This document shows, piece after piece, positions 39,643 through 48,326 of a stretch of DNA of 64,000 bases. Every line of letters begins with the position of its first letter. The first letter of the stretch is position 1. A model generated the notes under the pieces. The model searched no databases and was not told the origin of the DNA. It saw only the letters and a list, made by a program, of their open reading frames with translations. Both the position numbers and the translations under genes were made by a program. The stretch is from the NCBI GenBank assembly GCA_003343705.1, contig QAKR01000010.1, positions 3,855-67,854 of the forward strand. The letters are read 5' to 3'. This stretch comes from Clostridiales bacterium. GTDB taxonomy: Bacteria > Bacillota > Clostridia > Oscillospirales > UBA644.

Positions 39643-40509
39643 TTAAAGATTGTCAGCTACAGCTTTTTCAATAATCTTTTTCTCGTCTGCTGTTAGCTCT
39701 CTGAACGGAGTACGGCAGCAGCCTACATCAATGCCTGTTGCAACGGTTGTCGCATACTTCATTGCGGGAAGGCCTCTTGTTTCAACAATTGCTTGCACGA
39801 TGTTGTTAATTCTGTGCTGGACATCCTGGCATTCCTTAACTTTGCCTTCGTCAAACAGACGTTTGATTTCAACAAATTTTTCAACTGCATAGTTACAGGA
39901 TGTTCCGATAGCGCCTTTTGCACCACCCATTAAAGCATATGCAAAACATTCATCTGCGCCGCTGTAAACAAATGCGCCTGTCATTTCAATAAGTCTGTCC
40001 ATAAGGTAGTAGTTTACATCTGTATATTTAACGGAGTAGATACGTTCATCAGCAAGAAGCTCCTTAAACTGTGCAAGGCTTAGGCCCACACCTGTTGTTG
40101 CAGGAACATTATATATCATAACGGGGAGATTTGCCGCATCGGCAAGGTCTGTGTAATATTGTTTAATTTCTGAAGATTGGAAACCATGATAAAAAGGAGG
40201 AACAGAAGCAACAGCGCCAGCGCCGGCTTTTTTAGCATGTTGTGCAAGGTCGCAAGCAAGACCTGTGCCGATAGAACCAACATGAGCTACAACCATTTTT
40301 CCGTCAGCAGCTTTAATAGCACATTCAAGTGTCTGCTTTCTTTCTTCCTGTGTTAAAAGGAAACATTCTGCGGAAGATCCGCCTACATAAACACCATCCG
40401 CACCGCGATCAATAACGCTTTTTGTCAATTTTGTAAGTGTTTCGAAGTCTACCGAACCGTCTTTGTTAAATGTAGTAAATAAGGGGACTAGGATTTCTGC
40501 TTTTTTCAT
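39643..40509 (-). CDS. DapA/NanA-family class I aldolase (N-acetylneuraminate-lyase-like)
   Basis: GVYVGGSSAECFLLTQEER (compare GSTGE/GTTGE), MIYNVPATTG, and the Schiff-base lysine context YSVKYTD. It sits in a sugar operon, not a lysine-biosynthesis context. Confidence 0.7.
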   Translation of the reverse strand: MKKAEILVPLFTTFNKDGSVDFETLTKLTKSVIDRGADGVYVGGSSAECFLLTQEERKQTLECAIKAADGKMVVAHVGSIGTGLACDLAQHAKKAGAGAVASVPPFYHGFQSSEIKQYYTDLADAANLPVMIYNVPATTGVGLSLAQFKELLADERIYSVKYTDVNYYLMDRLIEMTGAFVYSGADECFAYALMGGAKGAIGTSCNYAVEKFVEIKRLFDEGKVKECQDVQHRINNIVQAIVETRGLPAMKYATTVATGIDVGCCRTPFRELTADEKKIIEKAVADNL

Positions 40510-40530
40510 TTTAAAAACCTCTTTATAAAA

Positions 40531-40959
40531 TTATTTTTTAGAAATCGTAAGTTTACACTGTGCGTTTGCTGTACCGCTCATATCATAATCGTATTTTAAA
40601 CCCAAAGGTTCAAGAACACGACGATAAAGTAAATCGCAATGTCCGCAGTAATTATGGTAGGGTTCCATGTTTTTCTTATCGAGAAGTCTGCCTTTTGAAG
40701 GACAGTGGTGCATATCAATAACAAAAATATCGTTGTCAAGCGTCATTGTAAAGTCTGCGGCTTCTTCGCTTAAAGCCTTAGCCCAATATTTATAACAACC
40801 TTCAATGCCGTCGGCGTGAACACATTCGCCCAAGCGAGGTGCTACATAGTTATCGGAAATATGTTCCCAATATGTTTTTACACCTTGTTCGCCCTCTCGC
40901 TTTTCAATGAATTTAAAAAGCTCGCTGTAAGAATAGATAAACTCTGTGCATGAAATCAT
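40531..40959 (-). CDS. Small Cys/His-rich protein B (142 aa), unknown function
   Basis: GGAGGTG SD, and its ATG overlaps the upstream stop (ATGA). It contains HHCPSKG...YHNYCGHCD...AQC. It is a paralog of the upstream gene. Confidence 0.7.
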   Translation of the reverse strand: MISCTEFIYSYSELFKFIEKREGEQGVKTYWEHISDNYVAPRLGECVHADGIEGCYKYWAKALSEEAADFTMTLDNDIFVIDMHHCPSKGRLLDKKNMEPYHNYCGHCDLLYRRVLEPLGLKYDYDMSGTANAQCKLTISKK

Positions 40960-41405
40960 TTCTGAGGCACCTCCGAAAAAATGAACTTAGCTTTTCCGGT
41001 CTTTTCGTCGTAATCCGAAAGGTTAAACTCAAAACCACATATTTGAGCTAAAACAGCATAAAGTATTTTTGTTGTATAGCCGTAATATTTTGACGGCTCA
41101 TGGCCTGTAGAGCGCATAAATTTCATTGCCGGACACTCGGATACTTCTACTGTAAGGGAATTTTCAACAATGGATGTTTTTAAAACATCAGATGCGTCCT
41201 CAGCTTCATATATCTTTTTAAAATATTCATCAAGTTCTGCAAGAGTCATTTTACAATAATAACTTTTAGCATAATCTGTCAGATATTCTTTTACGGCATC
41301 CTCGCCGTATCGATCACCTACATAAGCGATTCCCAAATCCAATGAAACATGAAAATCCTTGTGCAAATACTTGTTGTCGGAAGCCCGACGTTCCATTTTT
41401 TGCAT
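40956..41405 (-). CDS. Small protein A (149 aa), paralog of 40531..40959 lacking most Cys ligands
   Basis: SECPAMKFMRSTGHEPSKYYGYTTKILYAVL aligns with HHCPSKGRLLDKKNMEPYHNYCGHCDLLYRRVL in protein B. The ATG at 41405 follows GGAG, whereas the track start at 41420 is a TTG. Confidence 0.65.
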   Translation of the reverse strand: MQKMERRASDNKYLHKDFHVSLDLGIAYVGDRYGEDAVKEYLTDYAKSYYCKMTLAELDEYFKKIYEAEDASDVLKTSIVENSLTVEVSECPAMKFMRSTGHEPSKYYGYTTKILYAVLAQICGFEFNLSDYDEKTGKAKFIFSEVPQK

Positions 41406-41515
41406 ATTATCAATCTCCAAAATAAAAATCGATTTTATGTGCTATTTGTTTAATAAAAAAAGTAGTATAAACTTCTTTAACTTTATTAACGGGAAACCAC
41501 ATTCAAATAGCGACA

Positions 41516-42832
41516 CTATTTACACTCGTTGGCAAGCGAAAGCGCTGTTTTCACAATCTTTTCACCTGCAGTCTCCTCCAAATAGCTTGTGCAACCAAGT
41601 TTTGATTCGTAAACCGTAGGCATAAAGCGATCTTTTGTGGGAATGTAACCGAACAACCCGTTAGAATTTGTTATTATAAAGTTATTTTTAAACGGTGAGT
41701 TTTCTTTAATTTGCTTTCCGTATTCAACAAAAACTTCTCCGGGCAGGGCATAAAACGCCGAGTCGCCGACACGAAAAACTTTAACCGGAACCAGTTTTTC
41801 TGCATTAGTATCTTTTATATAATTGCGTAAATCGTAATCAAATACCAGTTTAAGTTTTTCAGGATCAGATTGTGAACCAAGAATTTCATCGTCATAAAAT
41901 TCTACAGTTTTTTCAAGCTTTTCTATCTCAGATTCAACGTCAAAATCCACTTTTCGTTTTTGAAGAGAGAGTATTTCTGTTTTTTGGCTTACACCATTTC
42001 CATCCAAGAGTTCAGAGATATTAATTGTTTTTAAAACCTCATCAGCAAGTGCGTTGCCCATTACACGATAATATTCAAAAACCGTGTCTTTATCAGTTTT
42101 AACATCAAAATGATTAATGTTTCCGCAAGTGCCAAGTATAAACATTGAAACAAATCGCCATCCGTATTTGTCTTTTAAACGATTTGATAGCTGTGAGGAA
42201 TAATCACCTGAAAATACATATTCGTCAACACAGTCTTGATGACAAGCAAAGTTCGTTATACAGCCAAGAGGCTTTCCGTCTGTATCTTCAGCAAACATAA
42301 CAGTAACATCAGGGTCTATTTCTCCGACAGGCTCGACAATATCCGGATTTCTCTTACCTGGGTTTGTTTGAAACGTTCCGTTCTTCATTTTATAAATTCT
42401 GTGAAATGAAATACTGTCAAGGAACCCGTTGCCGCAACGCAAACGCGCTGGCTTAAGATTAAAGTTTGCAACTATAACAGCGTCAGCTGCTTTGTCGCAA
42501 ACAAGTGATATATATACGGGATCTTTTTTAACAAATCGACCCCAATCAACAGTCGGCCCCGCATTATGTAAATGTGTTGCGCCGACAGTAATATTTTCTT
42601 CTTTAATATCAGTGTTTTCAGCTACGCGTTTTTTTACGCGATCGGCTATATCTTCTGTGATAAAATTAGCATCAATAGATACAAATGCTATTTTTTCACC
42701 GTTACTTTCAAAAAGAACGGTTTTTGCATATATTTTATCTTTTATTGTTTTTGCAAGTCTTTCGTTGAAATATCCGGGCATATTCGTGTAAAGCGACGGA
42801 GTTATATCGCTTTCATAAAATGCAATTTTCAT
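41516..42832 (-). CDS. Neutral/alkaline-ceramidase-fold amidohydrolase-like protein, cytoplasmic
   Basis: The N-terminus MKIAFYESDITP...MPGY...AKTVLFES...FVSIDA and TVGATHLHNAGP resemble the ceramidase N-domain GxTHTHxGP zinc motif. No signal peptide. Confidence 0.55.
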   Translation of the reverse strand: MKIAFYESDITPSLYTNMPGYFNERLAKTIKDKIYAKTVLFESNGEKIAFVSIDANFITEDIADRVKKRVAENTDIKEENITVGATHLHNAGPTVDWGRFVKKDPVYISLVCDKAADAVIVANFNLKPARLRCGNGFLDSISFHRIYKMKNGTFQTNPGKRNPDIVEPVGEIDPDVTVMFAEDTDGKPLGCITNFACHQDCVDEYVFSGDYSSQLSNRLKDKYGWRFVSMFILGTCGNINHFDVKTDKDTVFEYYRVMGNALADEVLKTINISELLDGNGVSQKTEILSLQKRKVDFDVESEIEKLEKTVEFYDDEILGSQSDPEKLKLVFDYDLRNYIKDTNAEKLVPVKVFRVGDSAFYALPGEVFVEYGKQIKENSPFKNNFIITNSNGLFGYIPTKDRFMPTVYESKLGCTSYLEETAGEKIVKTALSLANECK

Positions 42833-42898
42833 TTTAAAAATCCTTTATATAATCCCGTTATTTAATAATAACTAAGATTAGTGTATTCAGCATCAAAC

Positions 42899-42934
42899 GG
42901 CGTTTTTGTTCACCACGCGGTGCACAAAAACGCC
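42899..42934 (-). terminator. Long hairpin between the oxidoreductase and ceramidase-like genes (possible weak terminator/processing site)
   Basis: ggcgtttttgt...acaaaaacgcc outer stem with an inner cacc/ggtg stem. The tail on the reverse strand is only gtttgatg, so termination may be partial. Confidence 0.4.
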
Positions 42935-42952
42935 GCATCCGCAATAAATTAA

Positions 42953-43975
42953 TTATTCAAAAAATTTGTCTACGTTTACAACCTTGTCATTGTCTGCAGC
43001 AAAATAAGAAGCTTCAACAATCTTTTGAACCTGTAAGCCGTCTTTCAGAGGAACTTCAACAGGCGCACCTGTTAAAATAGAGTTAGAGAAGCTTTCAACT
43101 TCTTTAGTATAAAGGTTTGTACATTCAACATCAAGGGTAGGATGTGAACCGTCTTCAAGAGTTATTTCAACAGAACCTGTATCAAGCTGATGTATTGTAT
43201 CAAAAGCTGTTACGCAACCTTTTGTACCGTAAAATTCCAAACGCCATTTAGCAGCGGCATCGGGAATATTGAAGTTTGCTTCAACGAATGCGTTAGTACC
43301 GTTTTTAAGGTGCATCAAAACGCTGGAGCTATCATCAACTTCATATTTAAATGTTTTAGTATCAATAATAGCAGAAACTTTCTCAACTGTTGTGCCGAGT
43401 ATACTCTGGATAAGGTCAATACAGTGAACGCCCATATCAACAAAGGCACCACCACCGCTGTTTTTCTTGATCTGTCTCCAACAGTTAGGCATATCGGGAT
43501 ACCAGCATGTAAATTGAGCTTTTGCAGAAACAACCTGCCCTATTCCACCGTCAGCAATGAATTTTTTAATTGCCTGGTTGTAAGCACCAAATCGCATCAT
43601 AAATCCACAAGCAGACAACACTCCGCAAGCATCAACATCTTTAACAACCTGTTCGCCTTCTTTAACAGTCATGGCAATAGGTTTTTCAAGAAGAATATGT
43701 TTTCCTGCTTTAGCAGCTTTAACTGCTTGTTCTGCATGAAAAACAACAGGAGAAGCTATGTATATTGCCTCAACCTCAGGGTTTGCAATAAGGTCATCGG
43801 CATTTGTATAAGCATACTTTGCATTATATTTAGTCTTTAAACCCTCGATAATCTCGGGGTTAACATCCATAACGGCAATAAGCTCCGCGTTCTTGGCAAG
43901 AACGAGACCGGGCATTGTACGTCTGTCGGCAATACCACCTGCACCGATAACGCCCCATTTAACTTTTCTGTCCAT
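42953..43975 (-). CDS. Gfo/Idh/MocA-family NAD(P)-dependent sugar oxidoreductase
   Basis: KWGVIGAGGIADRR Rossmann N-terminus and the EKP motif (ILLEKPIA). AAGGAG SD. Confidence 0.8.
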   Translation of the reverse strand: MDRKVKWGVIGAGGIADRRTMPGLVLAKNAELIAVMDVNPEIIEGLKTKYNAKYAYTNADDLIANPEVEAIYIASPVVFHAEQAVKAAKAGKHILLEKPIAMTVKEGEQVVKDVDACGVLSACGFMMRFGAYNQAIKKFIADGGIGQVVSAKAQFTCWYPDMPNCWRQIKKNSGGGAFVDMGVHCIDLIQSILGTTVEKVSAIIDTKTFKYEVDDSSSVLMHLKNGTNAFVEANFNIPDAAAKWRLEFYGTKGCVTAFDTIHQLDTGSVEITLEDGSHPTLDVECTNLYTKEVESFSNSILTGAPVEVPLKDGLQVQKIVEASYFAADNDKVVNVDKFFE

Positions 43976-44012
43976 TTTTAAAATTGCTCCTTTCGAAGAT
44001 AGAAATAAACCC

Positions 44013-44040
44013 TAAAAGGGCTGTCAAACGACAGCCCTTG
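44013..44040 (-). terminator. Rho-independent terminator after the DegT-family gene
   Basis: Reverse strand caagggctgtc-gttt-gacagccctttt, followed by agggtttattt, 12 nt after the stop codon. Confidence 0.65.
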
Positions 44041-44051
44041 TTGCAGATTTA

Positions 44052-45326
44052 TTATTTCAGGTTCTCGCTGAGTATTTTCTTGAACACGTCTATGCAACGT
44101 TGAATATGAACCTCTTCCCATGTGGGGTGGAGGAATAATGAAAGTGTAACGTCACGAAGAGATGCAGCTTTCGGACAAAGGACCTTATCGTATTCAACAC
44201 TTGCAGGATCAGTGTATTCTTTTGAATCAAACGGGAATTTAGCAGAGCCGAAACCGGTGTGGTTCTTATATGCGTTCTCGTGGTATGCTTCAGGCCAAAG
44301 AATTCCGCTGCACGGAATTTTTTCTGCAGCAAGCTTTTTGCAGAACTCAGCAGCTGTAATAGCGCATTTGTTCGGATCGAGATTGATGGGATACCACCAG
44401 TAAGAGTTCTTTCTTTCGGCTGTATTAACGGGAAGTTTTGCGATACCGGGAAGTCCTGCAAAAGCTTCGTCGTACATTTTAGCATATTTAAGTCTACGTG
44501 CAAGGTTCCAGCTGTCAAATCTTTCAAGTTCATTAATACCGAGAACTGACTGAGGTTCTGTCATACGGTAGTTGAAACCTACTCTGTTATGTACATAAGG
44601 AAGTTTTTCTTCCATAGCAAGAAGGTTCATTCTTTGTCTTACATCGTAACCGTGGTCACGGAAAGAACGGCACTCCCAAGCAAGGTCTTCATTATTAGTA
44701 ACAACCATACCGCCTTCGCCGCCGGTTGTGAAGTGTTTAGACTGGCAGAAGGAGAAGCATCCTACATCGCCGATCAAACCTGCTTTAACGCCTTTATATT
44801 CACCGCCGAAGCACTGCGCACAGTCTTCAACAATTTTAAGATTATGTTTCTTTGCAATTTCAAGAATCGGGCCCATATCAGCAACTACACCGTAAAGGTG
44901 AACAACCACAATACCCTTTGTTTTAGGAGTGATAAGCTCTTCAATTTTTGAAGGATCAATTGTGTGATCATCAGTAACATCACAGAAAACAGGAATAGCA
45001 CCGGCCTGTACGATTGCGAAAGATGAAGCAATAAAACTGTAAGAAGGAACGATAACTTCATCACCGGGGCCGATATCTAAAGAAGCCAATGCAATGTGAA
45101 GAGCAGCAGTTCCGTTTGTGCAGGAAATAGCAAATTTAGAACCTATCCATTTTGCCCATTTCTCTTCAAACTCAAAACCTTTTTTACCTGTCCAATAATT
45201 TACTTTACCGCTTTTTAAACATTCTACAACATCATCGTAGGACTTGGGGTTAAATTGCGGCCACATGGGAAAACCGAGATCAACTATGCCAGTTCCGTTC
45301 ATTGCGCCGTCTTTTTCTTGTGCCAT
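44052..45326 (-). CDS. DegT/DnrJ/EryC1/StrS-family PLP-dependent sugar aminotransferase
   Basis: TNGTAALHIAL, DVGCFSFCQSKHFTTGGEGGMVVTN (PLP Lys). The ATG at 45326 (MAQEKD) follows AAGGAGAG, and the track start at 45359 adds 11 residues. Confidence 0.8.
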   Translation of the reverse strand: MAQEKDGAMNGTGIVDLGFPMWPQFNPKSYDDVVECLKSGKVNYWTGKKGFEFEEKWAKWIGSKFAISCTNGTAALHIALASLDIGPGDEVIVPSYSFIASSFAIVQAGAIPVFCDVTDDHTIDPSKIEELITPKTKGIVVVHLYGVVADMGPILEIAKKHNLKIVEDCAQCFGGEYKGVKAGLIGDVGCFSFCQSKHFTTGGEGGMVVTNNEDLAWECRSFRDHGYDVRQRMNLLAMEEKLPYVHNRVGFNYRMTEPQSVLGINELERFDSWNLARRLKYAKMYDEAFAGLPGIAKLPVNTAERKNSYWWYPINLDPNKCAITAAEFCKKLAAEKIPCSGILWPEAYHENAYKNHTGFGSAKFPFDSKEYTDPASVEYDKVLCPKAASLRDVTLSLFLHPTWEEVHIQRCIDVFKKILSENLK

Positions 45327-45363
45327 TTTTAATCTCTCCTTATCAATCTTTATATTCATTCAT

Positions 45364-45392
45364 ATCTTACCATATGCTAACAAAAATGTCAA
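45364..45392 (-). promoter_or_regulatory. Internal sigma-A-type promoter in front of the DegT-family gene
   Basis: Reverse strand TTGACA (45392-45387), a 17-nt spacer ending in TGg, then TAAGAT (45369-45364). Confidence 0.5.
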
Positions 45393-45415
45393 TATGGGGC
45401 ATTGAAAAATAACAT

Positions 45416-48316
45416 TTATTTAACATCTTCGGTAAACAGCATCATAGCGTTTGAAATTGCATATGAACCGACATCTCCTGTTGTGGAGGAAAAGCGTATG
45501 TTACTCACATTTTTAAAGCTTTCATTCTCCGTGTATTCCTTAGGGAGATTAAAGGTTACAACTTTTGTTTCCCCGGGCTCCATCCGGCCCGAATCACCGC
45601 ATGTAATTTCCGAAGAACCAAACGCCATTCTCATAGAAATTCCGAGTACAGGGTCCTTCCCCGTATTAGTAACCATAAAACGTATAGTATTATAACCAGT
45701 TAAATCAGGGGAAGAATCTATAAACGCATTTGATTTTATTGTAAGTCTTGTAAGATTTTTATTAAAGGTTACATTTAAAATACTATCTGAAACAGAAACG
45801 TTTTCACCATATTTATTTGCAGGAATTGATGCAATTGAATTTTTGACATTTTCATCTGCAAGGTCAAATATCATACGACCGTCACTTATCTTTTGCATAA
45901 TAAGTTTTTTAAATATTTCAGTTTTCCCGTTTAATGAAACTTCCACATCATAAAAATGTCTTCCTGCATCCGTAAGCAATATTCTATACTCATAAACATC
46001 ATACTTTTCAGTCTCTTGAGTTAAAATTGCGTCTTTTCCTTCAACTTTTACGGTTGCTCCATGTGGAACATAAAGAGTTAATTCCTTTTTAAATATGTCT
46101 TCAACATTATCAGTTATATCAGAGTTTGTTACCACAAGTGGAATAGTATTGTTAATATCGAGACGAATACTATCACGAACTTTGAAGACAATTTCAGTAT
46201 TTTCAGAAATTATTTTCTTAACACAATTTACAAATGAAGATGACCCCATCTGATCTGCAAGCGAACCGAGATTTTGAGAAACCTGTTTTGTAAACATATT
46301 TTCTGCATTTTGTTCACGTGCAGATATGGTATCAATAGGTAAATCTAGTATTTTAGCGTTTTCTTTATATTTCTTATTTTCAAGCTCCATGTATTCATAA
46401 TCTTCAATACGTTTCAGATACCTGGTGAAAGATTCTCCGTTTACAACAACATTAATTTCACGAAGATTTTCATAAGCAGTTGAAAACACTCCAGAATATA
46501 TACTATATTCACCTTTATTTAATTCTGTTGCCGCTTTGCCGTCAATTAAAACCTGTGAACCCGGTTTTGCATAAACACGGACTTCTCGCTTATTTGTGCT
46601 TTCCTCGTCCATATACGGAAGAACAGTAATTATTGAGTCATTGTCCGACATTATTTCCTGTGCAAGAAGTTGACGCATTTCAAGCATCATTGTTTCGTCA
46701 TGATCAAAATCACCCATTGTATTATATAAAGGTGCATAATAAGTGTCCATTATTTCATCCACAGTCAAATCTGTAATATTCCACTTATCAAGCTTTTGTT
46801 GAATCTTTTCCTGTAAAAGCGTAAGATAAATATTATCTTCAGAACCGTCACGTATACTTTCCATTCGCATTGAGGGAACAGGAATATTCCTGTTTATAAC
46901 TCCGTCATTTTTACCGCCGATATAAACAAGATATCCGTCACCTGCCGAAATAGGAAATGCATATGGGTCAGTCCATTGAGCACGTGTCTCATAGCTGTCT
47001 TTTTCAGGATTATATTTCGCATTGCCAAGGGTTGTAGTCCAGAAAAGATTGCCAGTTATCTGCCAGTCTTTTTGCATCCACATAACAAGGCGGGAAGACA
47101 TCAGATAATCCTGTATATGATACGACGGAAAAGGATAACGAGGACCAATACATCCATACCACTGAACCTCGTCTCCTGCATCAATTCTGTCTGTAACATA
47201 TATTTCTTCTTCAGTTGTTTTGCTTGACCATATCCCGCACCAGGCATCAATGGCTCCGTAAAGAGTTGGTCTTGGGGCTGTTGTTGCTTGTGTTCTAACC
47301 TCAGAAAACAAGGCTTCAAGCGCAGCTTTTTTACCGTGAGCTTCCCTGTTTATGTCATCCCCGTCCGGAGGCTCGTCACGAATAACGTCGGTTACAAGGG
47401 CACTCAGCAGACCATACTCTTTCATTTTATTTAGAAATCTTAAAGAATCGTTACTGATGGAATATGTTCCGTCTGCATTCTTAATAAAACCTACATTATA
47501 TTTTAAGTTTTGCACACGAGGTTTCTCTAAATAAGTTTTATAAATATCTGCCAAGCCTTCCGGAGTATTACTCGACTCATACATATGACCAGGGTTAATA
47601 CGATATTCAAGGAAGAAATCAAAATATTGTCTCACTGTTTGGATATAATCTTCGCCGACATCAGACCCTGTTGCGGCCAATGTATTCCAAAGCGACCACA
47701 TCCAAATTCCGTAATACCCTTCAAAAGGAAGTTCTTCAGGAAGTTCAAAATCCCAGACTTCAATCTCAACGGGGATTTTTATAGTTCCCGAATCATGTGT
47801 GACTGTAACTTCTGCAGTGTAAATACCCTCTGCTTGATCTTTCGGAGTAGTAACAGTTATCCAGAAACCTTGATTTTTCCCGGATTGAACATCAACAGTG
47901 TTTAAATCCTGATATTCAAGAGGGATAAGTGCATCAGGATACCGACCCACAACAGGATATTCAGCAGCTTGTTTTTCAATATAATAGTAATGCTCTCTGA
48001 ATAATTGAACTTTTTTTATTGTCTGTCCGCTTCTGCTTGTTGGGGTCGACATTGAAATGCTGATGTTTTTAACGTCTTCATCAAAATTTAGAATAAATTG
48101 CATACCTTCAGCTTCATTTTTAGCCAGTGAAGCCGTCAATTTATCAATACCGTTGGGAGCAATTTTCTCCTCTGCACGATATTTTTTTGCATTAGAAACG
48201 ATAAATACATTTTCTATACCCATTTGTGTCGGCGCTTTACGGACAACAGCACAAGAGGTAAACATTGCGGAAACAATTGAAAAGATAAGTAAAACAGGAA
48301 TAAACGTCTTTTTCAT
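45416..48316 (-). CDS. DUF4091/GH123-like surface lipoprotein (966 aa)
   Basis: Lipobox AMFTSC. LAKNEAEGMQF, VIRDEPP (Asp-Glu pair), VQWYGCIGPRYPFPSY...RLVMWMQKDWQITGNLFW. Its AGGAGGG SD overlaps the stop codon of the upstream paralog. Confidence 0.8.
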   Translation of the reverse strand: MKKTFIPVLLIFSIVSAMFTSCAVVRKAPTQMGIENVFIVSNAKKYRAEEKIAPNGIDKLTASLAKNEAEGMQFILNFDEDVKNISISMSTPTSRSGQTIKKVQLFREHYYYIEKQAAEYPVVGRYPDALIPLEYQDLNTVDVQSGKNQGFWITVTTPKDQAEGIYTAEVTVTHDSGTIKIPVEIEVWDFELPEELPFEGYYGIWMWSLWNTLAATGSDVGEDYIQTVRQYFDFFLEYRINPGHMYESSNTPEGLADIYKTYLEKPRVQNLKYNVGFIKNADGTYSISNDSLRFLNKMKEYGLLSALVTDVIRDEPPDGDDINREAHGKKAALEALFSEVRTQATTAPRPTLYGAIDAWCGIWSSKTTEEEIYVTDRIDAGDEVQWYGCIGPRYPFPSYHIQDYLMSSRLVMWMQKDWQITGNLFWTTTLGNAKYNPEKDSYETRAQWTDPYAFPISAGDGYLVYIGGKNDGVINRNIPVPSMRMESIRDGSEDNIYLTLLQEKIQQKLDKWNITDLTVDEIMDTYYAPLYNTMGDFDHDETMMLEMRQLLAQEIMSDNDSIITVLPYMDEESTNKREVRVYAKPGSQVLIDGKAATELNKGEYSIYSGVFSTAYENLREINVVVNGESFTRYLKRIEDYEYMELENKKYKENAKILDLPIDTISAREQNAENMFTKQVSQNLGSLADQMGSSSFVNCVKKIISENTEIVFKVRDSIRLDINNTIPLVVTNSDITDNVEDIFKKELTLYVPHGATVKVEGKDAILTQETEKYDVYEYRILLTDAGRHFYDVEVSLNGKTEIFKKLIMQKISDGRMIFDLADENVKNSIASIPANKYGENVSVSDSILNVTFNKNLTRLTIKSNAFIDSSPDLTGYNTIRFMVTNTGKDPVLGISMRMAFGSSEITCGDSGRMEPGETKVVTFNLPKEYTENESFKNVSNIRFSSTTGDVGSYAISNAMMLFTEDVK

Positions 48317-48326
48317 ATCAGCCCTC

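Noticed and set aside
43190-43840. 216-aa plus-strand ORF antisense to the Gfo/Idh/MocA gene
   Set aside because: It is a shadow ORF. The minus-strand gene has Rossmann and EKP motifs and a strong SD, while the antisense translation is Phe/Asn/Cys-rich and has no RBS.
44090-44951. Several 90-147-aa ORFs on both strands overlapping the DegT-family gene
   Set aside because: These are alternative frames of a gene with unambiguous PLP-aminotransferase motifs, and none has an SD.
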